The translations under genes were made by a program, and so were the position numbers. Positions 1-8,835 of a stretch of DNA of 18,314 nt are shown one piece after another. The stretch lies in IMG/VR virus record IMGVR_UViG_2526164632_000031, one strand, 5' to 3'. Positions within the stretch are counted from its first letter, which is position 1; each line of letters begins with the position of its first letter. The notes below the pieces were generated by a model. That model was given only the letters and a program-made list of their open reading frames with translations, did no database searches and was not told the DNA's origin. The DNA comes from a virus (taxonomy: Duplodnaviria > Heunggongvirae > Uroviricota > Caudoviricetes).

Positions 1-953
<953 letters not shown>

Positions 954-1027
954 GCACAGTTCAACGCATTACGTTGTAGATCGGTATTCTGGTCATTTGT
1001 TGATACGCGTACATAGCCAATAAGCAT
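954..1027 (-). pseudogene. Serine recombinase / DNA invertase (Pin/Gin-like) N-terminal fragment, disrupted by the IS
   Basis: Minus-strand ATG at 1027 preceded by GGGAGA RBS; translation MLIGYVRVSTNDQNTDLQRNALNCA matches the conserved N-terminus of Gin/Pin invertases (catalytic Ser in VRVST), then diverges into IS sequence and hits a stop at 938-940. Confidence 0.65.
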
Positions 1028-1084
1028 GGTAGGTCTCCCTGACAAAAGCAGGAATGATGCCATTTGCTCGTTATTTCTGCATTT

Positions 1085-1372
1085 TCATAAACGTTCCTTT
1101 CTCCAGATTTCTTGTGTGCGAAAAACACCTTCTGCATACATCAGGCGTAATTCTTCTTTGGTGTAATCGCTGGTTTTTACCCGCCCGTCGATTAAATCGT
1201 GGCATGAGCTACAGGCAATCGCTGCCTGCATATCGTGTGGTTTTGTCGCTGTTCCGCACGTCCCCGCCAGCCTGTAATGCGCCAGCACAGAAGTTTCGGG
1301 ATTGTGATTGCAGTAGCCAGGGATTCTGACCTGGCACATCTGGCCCCGCGCTGCTTTACGTAAACTCACCAT
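1085..1372 (-). CDS. Phage nin-region protein, DUF1364 / YbcO-like (Cys-rich, probable zinc-binding)
   Basis: 95-aa ORF, CQVRIPGYCNHNPETSVLAH ... ACSSCHD Cys pattern; size and motif fit the ~95-aa DUF1364 phage family. Confidence 0.6.
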   Translation of the reverse strand: MVSLRKAARGQMCQVRIPGYCNHNPETSVLAHYRLAGTCGTATKPHDMQAAIACSSCHDLIDGRVKTSDYTKEELRLMYAEGVFRTQEIWRKERL

Positions 1373-1971
1373 TACGCAAACTCCAGTAGCTGCGCGGCCA
1401 CATTTTCGACTTCCTCCGGAGAGGAAAATTTACGGAACAGGATCCAGTTCCACAGCACATTCAGTACAGATTTATAAACCTGCTGAAACTCGGTTTCGTC
1501 CATGTTCGCAAATGCGATAGATTTTGCCCTGCGCCCGCGGCTACCGTCTGGATAAATATGCTCGGTGTAAAATCCGGCCTGAATGGTTACCCACTCGCGG
1601 AAAGCCTCAAACGACTTTAGCAATGCCGTATCCCGGGTTCTGCGTGTCGCAACTGTATTCAGATATTGCTCTGCGGCTTCGCTCAGAGCTGGCGTATGTT
1701 CCCGACCTACTGATTCGCACAGGTACTCAACGAAGCCTGATACCAGTTCTCGTTCTCGAGGCGTGATCACCCCACCGCTCGGAGTCCAGTAATCGAATCC
1801 CAGTTGCAGGAGTTTGAAAAAACGCTTGTGAAATGCGTAGTTACGCACACGCTTAAAGTCTGCGTGTATCCACTCACCTATTTTGATTTGATGCAAAAAA
1901 TCGCAACTCTCCGGCGTCGCCGGGAGAAGTAATCCGGAAGAGGTTTGTTTGACCAGTTGTATATGCGCCAT
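1372..1971 (-). CDS. Phage nin-region protein, probably DUF1367 family
   Basis: 199-aa ORF tightly coupled to the downstream DUF1364 gene; size matches the ~200-aa DUF1367 prophage family; assignment from memory. Confidence 0.45.
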   Translation of the reverse strand: MAHIQLVKQTSSGLLLPATPESCDFLHQIKIGEWIHADFKRVRNYAFHKRFFKLLQLGFDYWTPSGGVITPRERELVSGFVEYLCESVGREHTPALSEAAEQYLNTVATRRTRDTALLKSFEAFREWVTIQAGFYTEHIYPDGSRGRRAKSIAFANMDETEFQQVYKSVLNVLWNWILFRKFSSPEEVENVAAQLLEFA

Positions 1972-2042
1972 CGTAGTTCTCCGCTGGCGCAGTAGAATGG
2001 GTGTTCAGCCCGTTATGTAGTATACCAGAATTAATGCCAATA

Positions 2043-2294
2043 CTAACATGATGCTCTGACTCGCAATTCATCCAGCAGTTTATCATTTCCCATAATGTCA
2101 CTAACCCTCATCGGTAAAAAAATTGCCTTTCGACCATTACGATACATCATTGATTTTGGGGTTTCAGGGAAGTAATCCATTTCGACTATAACTGACAGGT
2201 CATCACGACGTATGACTGCGTATTTGCTACTAAATAGTCTCTTTATTTTTTCCACGATGCCTCCAGGTTTATAAGTACAAACGGTTATATCCAC
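2043..2294 (-). CDS. Small hypothetical phage protein (positional equivalent of Qin rem)
   Basis: 83-aa ORF between hok and the DUF1367 gene, same strand; identity not verifiable. Confidence 0.4.
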   Translation of the reverse strand: MDITVCTYKPGGIVEKIKRLFSSKYAVIRRDDLSVIVEMDYFPETPKSMMYRNGRKAIFLPMRVSDIMGNDKLLDELRVRASC

Positions 2295-2444
2295 ATAGAG
2301 ACAAAAATATTAATCTGAAAAATATTTATTTCACGCCGTATATTTGATTGTTTAATGTGCAGGTACAATGACTTTTATTTTTTGTTGTGTATATAATCAA
2401 ATATATGGTTATTTTTCACCCTGCGCATTCAGCGCGCAACAAAA

Positions 2445-2462
2445 AACCCGCCGAAGCGGGTT
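2445..2462 (-). terminator. Rho-independent terminator downstream of hok
   Basis: Minus strand reads AACCCGC-TTCG-GCGGGTT followed by TTTTTGTTG; lies about 70 nt 3' of the hok stop. Confidence 0.6.
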
Positions 2463-2532
2463 AAGTGCGGGTGCGTTGAGGATGCCTGACACATCAGAGG
2501 TGGCGGGAGATTACTCTCCCGCCTAGTCACTC

Positions 2533-2688
2533 TTACTTCTCAGATTCGTAGTCCACGAAGACAGCAACCTCCGTCTGGCCGGTTCGGATTCGTACCTCGC
2601 AGAGGTCTTTCCTCGTTACCAGTGCCGTCACTATGACGGTTAAACAGATGACGATAAGGGCGATTAACATCGCCTTTTGCTGCTTCAT
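2533..2688 (-). CDS. hokD: Hok/Gef family type I toxin (HokD/RelF-like)
   Basis: Translation MKQQKAMLIALIVICLTVIVTALVTRKDLCEVRIRTGQTEVAVF... is a canonical Hok membrane peptide; the ORF track extends it in frame to 2745, but the conserved Hok start is the ATG at 2688. Confidence 0.85.
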   Translation of the reverse strand: MKQQKAMLIALIVICLTVIVTALVTRKDLCEVRIRTGQTEVAVFVDYESEK

Positions 2689-2900
2689 AGCCTGCTTCTC
2701 CTTGCCTTTCGGCACGTAAGAGGCTAACCTACATTTGTGAGACATAGATTGGGCCTCAGATTAATGTTAAGCGTCTTGTAGGACGCGTAATGTTAACTGG
2801 GGCTTTTCTCTATCTGCCTTTTGGTGTTCATGCCTGAGGCAGATAGCCTCAAGCACCCGCAGCAATTCTAACTATCCAATAGATCAATGCCAACTTCTTT
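2689..2900 (-). promoter_or_regulatory. Structured hok mRNA leader region (possible mok/sok-type control region)
   Basis: Several stable inverted repeats (2771-2787 GCGTC..GACGC; 2810-2846 CTATCTGCC..GGCAGATAG; 2834-2850) immediately 5' of hok on the minus strand. Confidence 0.35.
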
Positions 2901-3245
2901 TCCTGCAACATCTCTCATCATAAGTGACCAAAATTCATCCAATCAGCACAAAAGAAACATTTAAAGCGTGAATGCTACCGAACGTTCATTTCAATTACAT
3001 CGTTTTGATTTTTAACAGTTTTTACCTCAACAAATCAAATGGCATTAGCATTCATCATGGAAGAAAGACTGATAAAAATGATCATTTTCAATGACTTATG
3101 ATCACACCGGGTATTGCCAAGTCATTCCTTTTACGCCAGGATACCCACAAGTGAGTAGTCGAGGAGAGTTTGCCAATTTTTGCGATATAAATTTCAATGT
3201 CCGAAGAACCATTAATTGTTAATTGATTCTGTATAAGGTATTAAC

Positions 3246-4343
3246 ATGACAATTTCATATATTCCTATTCTGAAAGCGAAACGTTCTGAGTTATCAGCTT
3301 TATCGCAGCTATCCATTGAAAAGAAATCAAAAATTTTGCCATTACTCGAAATTGAACCAGTGCCAATTGACCCTGATTCAGGTATTGCCTTAAAGAGTTA
3401 TAACGAGACTCTTATAGAGTTCGGAAAGAAAGTCTCAAAATCTTGCTCAGATATGCAAGGTGTTTATATTGATGGATTATTAATTGAAGAGCATTTTATT
3501 TCTCCTGAAGATCATTACCCTATAATAAATGCGGTTAATCAAGTTAGAGATATGGGGATAAGAGTTATTCCTGTCAGTTCACCAACTCGCCCATCTAACT
3601 ATAAAGGAGCGATTGATGAATTAATGCAGAATGAAATATGCTTGAGATTAACCACGTTAGATCTGGTTAACCCACAATTAATAACGCATTACATTAATCA
3701 TCTGGGAATTCCTTTATCAAATATTGATATAATTATTGACTTAAGAGATGAGTTAACCGAGGATAAACTTAATTCCGGCGAACTATATACTTTGGCAATG
3801 GGATTGATAAACAATCTGGCGCACCTCAATGAATACAGAAAAGTGATTCTTTCTGGGGGTTCATTTCCTACAGATCTCAGTGATATTTCTGTTGGTCTAT
3901 ATTCTCAACCTCGAATCGAGTGGATTTTATGGCAGAGTTTAATGAATAGAAAAGAACTTGCCAGAAATGTGATTTATAGTGATTATGGAGTACAGCACCC
4001 CGACTTTAATAGGCTTTCGACGCGATTCCCTAGCGTATCTGCCAGCGTCAGATACTCTGGAGATAATGACTTTTGGGTATTTCGAGGAAGAGTAGCTAAT
4101 CGCTTTGGTTATGAACAATATGGTAAACATAGTGAGGATATTCTTGCTCATCGAGAATATTCAGGGCCTACATTCTGTGCGGGAGATAGAGACATAGAAT
4201 ATTATGCAAACGAGTATCAAGCCTACAAAGCCAATCCCTCTGGTAACTATAAATTTGGTAGCCCAGAGGTATGGCGTAGGATTGGGCAAAACCATCACAT
4301 AACTAAGGTTGTTGAGCAACTCGCCACTCTTTACGGGCTTTAA
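3246..4343 (+). CDS. Uncharacterized cargo protein with Beta-protein / sce7725-like N-terminus
   Basis: 365-aa ORF, AAGG RBS 8 nt upstream, AT-rich codon usage; N-terminus MTISYIPILKAKRSELSAL resembles the Y-[IV]-P-[IV]-L-K-x-K-x-x-E start I associate with the Beta_protein (PF14350) / sce7725 family. Confidence 0.8.
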   Translation: MTISYIPILKAKRSELSALSQLSIEKKSKILPLLEIEPVPIDPDSGIALKSYNETLIEFGKKVSKSCSDMQGVYIDGLLIEEHFISPEDHYPIINAVNQVRDMGIRVIPVSSPTRPSNYKGAIDELMQNEICLRLTTLDLVNPQLITHYINHLGIPLSNIDIIIDLRDELTEDKLNSGELYTLAMGLINNLAHLNEYRKVILSGGSFPTDLSDISVGLYSQPRIEWILWQSLMNRKELARNVIYSDYGVQHPDFNRLSTRFPSVSASVRYSGDNDFWVFRGRVANRFGYEQYGKHSEDILAHREYSGPTFCAGDRDIEYYANEYQAYKANPSGNYKFGSPEVWRRIGQNHHITKVVEQLATLYGL

Positions 4344-4881
4344 GTTTAACTCGAACAGCTTCACGAAGCTCGCCAACATCCATACTATTGGCGAGTTTTG
4401 ACCATAAGACGCGTTTAGGTTTATTTTTCAAATTCTGTAGCTCCCCTACATCACTTAATAGGGAAAGCAATTCATCTTTCCAAAGAAGCATTGTTAAGGA
4501 AAGTTTGTCCACTTGTGGATTCAACTTGCTAGTTCGAATTGTTTTTAAATGGATACCTTGCCGTGCACCTTGCGTAACTTGCTTTATCCCCCACCATGAT
4601 GGAACTATGCTTAAAGCATCATAAAGATGGCAATCAGAGACAACCAACGTTACTTTATCCATCACTGATGAGTAATGTTGCACCTGCGCTGGTAATCTGA
4701 GCAAGTTATCACTTTTGCTCTTCAACTCATAACCATGTATAAGCCCATTGATCACTGCTATATCAGCTCTGCTAGCCCCCAGATTCATCGTAAACTCATC
4801 AATGATTAGGGTGTCAGGATCTTTATGATGATCTCTCAAAATCTTGGCATGCACAGCCTTTCTTACATCAATGTCTCTCAT
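4303..4881 (-). CDS. Uncharacterized cargo protein with PD-(D/E)xK nuclease-like motif (sce7726-like)
   Basis: 192-aa ORF; LIIDEF ... ASRADIAVING ... HGYELKSKSD gives an acidic residue then D-x(n)-E-x-K spacing typical of restriction-endonuclease-fold nucleases. Confidence 0.8.
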   Translation of the reverse strand: MRDIDVRKAVHAKILRDHHKDPDTLIIDEFTMNLGASRADIAVINGLIHGYELKSKSDNLLRLPAQVQHYSSVMDKVTLVVSDCHLYDALSIVPSWWGIKQVTQGARQGIHLKTIRTSKLNPQVDKLSLTMLLWKDELLSLLSDVGELQNLKNKPKRVLWSKLANSMDVGELREAVRVKLKARKEWRVAQQP

Positions 4882-5152
4882 ACCATAGTTGCGCTTTCAT
4901 CGACTCTCTCAAGCCATGATTCTATATCATGGTTCGCATGAATGCCATTTGATATGACCAGTGGTTAAACATTGCACAGAAAAGTGGATGTGTATTTTAA
5001 CAAAAGCAATGACGGCTAACCATGTTGGTATGTCGATAAAATGTTTCAACGTAAGCATTATCTGTTCCGCCCTTTCGGGCGGCCTCCTGATGTTCTGAGG
5101 GTGCAGAAATCCCTCCGGTTAAGGATTAAATTTTTAACAGTGCTAAATTTAA

Positions 5153-5509
5153 TTATTCAGTTCTGGATTTTGTCACCCTGCGTATCCGTGCTTTCGCATT
5201 ACGCTCAATCTGAATTAGCTTTTCTATATTTTTTCGCCTTTCCTGTTCCTCCTGGCGCAATAGTTTTACATCATCTGCCAGTCTGGTTTCTCTTTTCGCC
5301 ACAGAGAGCATCCAGTCAAATGGCTCCACAACTGCACCGCAGATTTTACAGCGGACCTGACGCTCTTTTTCGTCAACCCGGACAGAAGCGTGATGGCAGT
5401 ATGGTCTTTCCGATGGCTCATAAAGAAAATTAACCTGATTACGTGGGTCATCCTCTTTTACCGGAAATAAAACAATATTACTTAACTCATCTTCTGGTTT
5501 TATTTCCAT
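5153..5509 (-). CDS. Hypothetical phage protein with putative zinc-ribbon (C-x-H-H ... C-K-I-C-G) and basic C-terminus
   Basis: ORF track starts at 5566, but the in-frame ATG at 5509 has a strong AAGGAGAGGAG RBS; 118 aa from that start. Confidence 0.6.
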   Translation of the reverse strand: MEIKPEDELSNIVLFPVKEDDPRNQVNFLYEPSERPYCHHASVRVDEKERQVRCKICGAVVEPFDWMLSVAKRETRLADDVKLLRQEEQERRKNIEKLIQIERNAKARIRRVTKSRTE

Positions 5510-5566
5510 GCTCCTCTCCTTTGATGCGAATGCCAGCGGCAATTGAAGCCTGATAGCTAATTTCAC

Positions 5567-6007
5567 TCACAGCACCACCTCCTGAAAACTCCCCTGATAA
5601 AACGCCAGCACTCGCTGCATAACCTCACTATTCCGGCACTCGCGACAGATTATGTTCTGTCGTCTGTTGTAACGACGTATTTCTCCGTCTGGTAATGACC
5701 AGATAAGGTCAGGATCAACCACAACCGGTTTCTTCACCTTTGCCCTTGATAGTTTTTTGCGGGCGTTTTGCCAGTCTTTACGCGCCTGCTCAGACGGGAA
5801 TAATCCGTAGCCAGAATTGTAAACATCACCACTGGCGACCAGTTCTCTGGCGAGAGTGCTTATGTAATACCTTGATGCACCGGTTTTAGCCTCCAGAGCC
5901 CGTAACGTCTCGCGACCGCTCAGACGTACAAGTTCAACAACCTGCCCTTTAATTTTTCCCGCTCTTCTGGTGTAAATACTTTTGCCATAGGTGCCTCCGG
6001 CAATCAC
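5567..6007 (-). CDS. Hypothetical phage protein
   Basis: 146-aa ORF beginning with GTG, overlapping the upstream gene stop by 4 nt (translational coupling); no internal ATG alternative. Confidence 0.5.
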   Translation of the reverse strand: MIAGGTYGKSIYTRRAGKIKGQVVELVRLSGRETLRALEAKTGASRYYISTLARELVASGDVYNSGYGLFPSEQARKDWQNARKKLSRAKVKKPVVVDPDLIWSLPDGEIRRYNRRQNIICRECRNSEVMQRVLAFYQGSFQEVVL

Positions 6008-6765
6008 TTTTCCGATGCAACACAGCGAGAAGAATCAGTAATCTGTCGAACAATATCCCGGTGCTTGTTCAGTTCCCGCAGCGCAGCACAGACTCGTTCC
6101 CACTTCTGGACATGACTTTTCGCCCGACGCAGTTCGCGGTTTGCCATATGCAGCGATGGTAAAACCAGGTCATCCGCTCGCGTTTCAGTAAACGATGGCA
6201 GCGACTGCACAATGTCCGCCACAGTTTCTGTTTTAATATCTTCCTGTGTTGCAGCCTCACGTACTGGTAACGCAACACCTGCGGGCTGAGGAAAGGCCTT
6301 ACCATCAGTTTCCGCTACCGATGCTGCTTTCGGCTCTGCTGGTAAATTATCGCCCGGTATGCAGTAACGAAATTTACCGCCCTGATTTACGCGAATCAGA
6401 CGACCTTTGCTGATTGCCATTGCCAGCGTTGAAGCCACTTTGCGTGATGTGGTACCAAACAATGTAGCCAGCTCATCAGCCGTTTGTGGTCCGCGTTGTT
6501 CAATCGTCGCGGTTAAATCGCACTCTGAGATTTTCGCTACTGTTGCTGTGGTGGTTTCTTCCGGCAGTTCTGCCTGCGCTGGCTGTTCCTGCTGAACGTT
6601 GTTATCAGCCACACGCCAGGTGTACGCGCTTTTATCAACAAAACCAGCCTTTTTCAGTTCCCATAGTTCGTTCAGCACTTCTTCACGACTGATATCAAGT
6701 CGCGCAGCCAGCTCTACCGACGTGGCTTTTCCCATTGCTTTCAGTGCGTCAAAAACAGTCTCCAT
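6004..6765 (-). CDS. Hypothetical phage protein with N-terminal winged-helix-like DNA-binding segment
   Basis: Start chosen at ATG 6765 ([13 protein letters not shown]..., GGGAGA RBS 8 nt upstream) rather than the ORF-track start 6816, which overlaps the DnaC-like gene; motif [27 protein letters not shown]. Confidence 0.55.
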   Translation of the reverse strand: METVFDALKAMGKATSVELAARLDISREEVLNELWELKKAGFVDKSAYTWRVADNNVQQEQPAQAELPEETTTATVAKISECDLTATIEQRGPQTADELATLFGTTSRKVASTLAMAISKGRLIRVNQGGKFRYCIPGDNLPAEPKAASVAETDGKAFPQPAGVALPVREAATQEDIKTETVADIVQSLPSFTETRADDLVLPSLHMANRELRRAKSHVQKWERVCAALRELNKHRDIVRQITDSSRCVASEK

Positions 6766-6787
6766 TAAATTTTTCTCCCGGTAAAAA

Positions 6788-7534
6788 TTACTTCGCAATT
6801 CCTGGCTGGACGACATTCGGACGCCAGCTCTCCCAGTTAAAATTCACCCAACACCCGCCGTTCATGGTCATGCGATCCATAATCCTCTCGCCGAGCAATG
6901 TTTTCATGGCCTCATAGTTCAGGTTTGTCAGCATTCCCACGCTACGCATCGACGCTGTCCGTCGATCAATAATCTGGTGCAGTACCACCTGCTCGTTTTT
7001 CGTCTCGCGCTGAATGCCAATTTCATCAAGAACCAGCAGATCCACTTCGCACAGCTCCCGCAAAAATTTTTCGCCTGACTGCCCGTCGTCATAGCTGGCG
7101 TGCAGGGCGCTCATAACATCAGCCACGGTAACCACAATCACTGTCTGACCGTCTTTCAGCAGGCGATTCCCGATAGCTGCCGCTAAGTGATTCTTCCCGG
7201 TACCAGGTTTTCCGCTGAACGCAAAATTTGTACACCCGGTCATCAGTTCATCGGCGATGGATTTCGCCTGGCTTAACGCGTATCGCTGCCCTTCGTTCTG
7301 CACCTGGTAATTCGCAAACGAGCATTTGCGGTGCAACGGCTGGATGCCAGAGCGATTCAGGATTTTTTCCACCCGCAACTGACGATTCAGGCGGTTGATC
7401 TCCTCGCAACGTTTCTGGCCTTCAGCAAGTTGCCACTCGCGCCACTCCGCAACCGTTCTGAATGGGGCGGTTACATGTGGTGGGGTCAGTCTGCGGATAC
7501 GCTCCAGAACGCCGCCTGTCGCAATATTTTTCAT
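6788..7534 (-). CDS. DnaC-like replicative helicase loader (IstB-type AAA+ ATPase, YdaV-like)
   Basis: 248 aa; Walker [14 protein letters not shown] and Walker B LLVLDEIG; position downstream of O-like gene. Confidence 0.9.
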   Translation of the reverse strand: MKNIATGGVLERIRRLTPPHVTAPFRTVAEWREWQLAEGQKRCEEINRLNRQLRVEKILNRSGIQPLHRKCSFANYQVQNEGQRYALSQAKSIADELMTGCTNFAFSGKPGTGKNHLAAAIGNRLLKDGQTVIVVTVADVMSALHASYDDGQSGEKFLRELCEVDLLVLDEIGIQRETKNEQVVLHQIIDRRTASMRSVGMLTNLNYEAMKTLLGERIMDRMTMNGGCWVNFNWESWRPNVVQPGIAK

Positions 7535-7540
7535 GGTCTG

Positions 7541-8335
7541 TTACCCCCTGAAGCCTGGCGGGATCGCACTGTCCGGCAACGAGACGGTGTTAACCTGTCG
7601 GAGCAACGTCTCAGGCCGAACACCTTTCGGTGCGAACAAGCCCTGGTATTCATTGGCGATGCTGTGTCGAATCACCTGCTCAGGTGTAAAACCCTGCTGA
7701 CGGAATTTTTCCAGTTCCCGTATCGCCCCGTTAGCGCCCTGCTCCGTTCGAATCGGTTTTCGCAATGCCTGTCTGAACCGGACCCACTCATGCCAGAGTG
7801 TTTCCGGCAACCAATCAGGCAGCTCAATAGCCTCCGGCTCGAATTTTTTAGACGCTCGTTTTTGGCGAGGGGGATTTAGGGGGAGATCAGTATTTAGATC
7901 TTCCTCTTCCTCTTCCTCTTCCTCTGGTAACGCTTTTTGATCCGTTTGTGTAACGCTGGCAGCGTTACCTTTTCGTTTCAGTTCGCGTATTTTTGTAACT
8001 CGCTCGTTTGTAACCGCCCGTTTTTTAGAGCTTTTTCCGTTATGACGTTCAAAGTTAGGTAGAGAAAGCCCAACGTCATTTTCGACCAGCCATCCAACCT
8101 GAATTAACGCATCAGCAAAACCAGCCATAAAAGTGATGCGATCTATTGCACTTTTTGTAACGCCGCGAGCGTTACAATCTGCATTACCGTCTATCATTTG
8201 TTGATCCGCCCATGCCCAGAAGCGAATAACCTTCCCTAATGCGGCATCTGGATCAATATTCAGAATCTCAGCAAGCCTGAATATTTCCGGCTTATCCGGC
8301 GTAATAACCTCGAGCTTTATCCAGTTTGAAGCCAT
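7541..8335 (-). CDS. Phage replication initiation protein (lambda O-like / YdaU-like) with poly-Glu linker
   Basis: 264 aa; lies directly upstream of the DnaC-like gene; contains palindromic iteron-like repeats within its coding sequence and an EEEEEEEE linker. Confidence 0.7.
   Translation of the reverse strand: MASNWIKLEVITPDKPEIFRLAEILNIDPDAALGKVIRFWAWADQQMIDGNADCNARGVTKSAIDRITFMAGFADALIQVGWLVENDVGLSLPNFERHNGKSSKKRAVTNERVTKIRELKRKGNAASVTQTDQKALPEEEEEEEEDLNTDLPLNPPRQKRASKKFEPEAIELPDWLPETLWHEWVRFRQALRKPIRTEQGANGAIRELEKFRQQGFTPEQVIRHSIANEYQGLFAPKGVRPETLLRQVNTVSLPDSAIPPGFRG
7901..7924. repeat. Hexanucleotide tandem repeat (TTCCTC)x4 encoding a poly-Glu run
   Basis: Four perfect tandem copies read directly in the sequence; encodes the EEEEEEEE stretch on the minus strand. 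Confidence 0.9.
7949..7969. repeat. Palindromic iteron-like site TGTAACGCT-GGC-AGCGTTAC (copy 1), with TTGTAAC half-sites nearby at 7994-8000 and 8008-8014
   Basis: Read directly; near-perfect 9+3+9 dyad. Confidence 0.8.
8165..8185. repeat. Palindromic iteron-like site TGTAACGC-CGCGA-GCGTTACA (copy 2)
   Basis: Read directly; 8-bp arms with 5-bp spacer. Confidence 0.8.
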
Positions 8336-8347
8336 TTGTTTTCACCT

Positions 8348-8368
8348 TGTAACGCTCGCAGCGTTACA
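8348..8368. repeat. Palindromic iteron-like site TGTAACGCT-CGC-AGCGTTACA (copy 3) in the intergenic region upstream of the O-like gene
   Basis: Read directly; perfect 9+3+9 dyad. Confidence 0.85.
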
Positions 8369-8412
8369 TTTAACTGATACCGAACAAAACAATCCGGCAC
8401 GATTAATTTCAA

Positions 8413-8835
8413 TCAATGCACTACGACAGAATCGCCGGGCGACCCACCACCGCTGAAATGTGCTTTCCGGTAAACGGCCTGGACTGCATCATCATGCGCA
8501 TCAATTGCCGTACTCAACGCTTCCTGCGCCGCCAGTAATGCACGGCGTTCCAGGGTATCGAAGATGCAGAGTCGGTGACGCAGCTCGCGCGGAAGAATTG
8601 CCAGAACCGCAGGGATCAGTTTCTGAATTTTTTCCCTTTGCGCTTTCGTTTCACCTTTCAACCAACGGTGATAGATATTCTGCTGATTGTTCCAGTCCTT
8701 GCCTGGTACAAGGGGCAATTCGCCGCCCCCCTGGCGCAGATATTCTTCAGTAATTGCGTTAGCGACCCACGCCTGCCCTTTTTCGGCTGCCAGGGCTAAC
8801 AACACTGATTCGATGTGCTCATGCCTGATTTTCAT
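8413..8835 (-). CDS. YdaT-like protein (CII-position gene of Rac-type immunity region)
   Basis: 140 aa, start overlaps the cro-like stop (ATGA); same size and position as Rac YdaT. Confidence 0.6.
   Translation of the reverse strand: MKIRHEHIESVLLALAAEKGQAWVANAITEEYLRQGGGELPLVPGKDWNNQQNIYHRWLKGETKAQREKIQKLIPAVLAILPRELRHRLCIFDTLERRALLAAQEALSTAIDAHDDAVQAVYRKAHFSGGGSPGDSVVVH

Noticed and set aside
2533-2745. 70-aa extended hok ORF as the real toxin CDS
   Set aside because: The conserved Hok peptide begins at the internal MKQQKAM (ATG at 2688); the upstream in-frame extension is probably untranslated leader.
3939-4624. Short ORFs antisense to the two cargo genes (3939-4151, 4161-4379, 4388-4624)
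   Set aside because: Each is fully contained within a longer, better-supported cargo ORF on the other strand; AT-rich DNA gives frequent chance ORFs.
5067-5082. GC hairpin CCGCCC-TTTC-GGGCGG as an intrinsic terminator
   Set aside because: No U-tract follows on either strand, so it is not a canonical rho-independent terminator; it may still be an RNA structure.
5041-5433. 130-aa plus-strand ORF
   Set aside because: Overlaps the minus-strand zinc-ribbon gene (which has a strong RBS); hydrophobic, repetitive composition; likely spurious.
7331-7879. 182-aa and 101-aa plus-strand ORFs overlapping the DnaC-like and O-like genes
   Set aside because: Antisense to two strongly supported minus-strand genes; no RBS; shadow ORFs.
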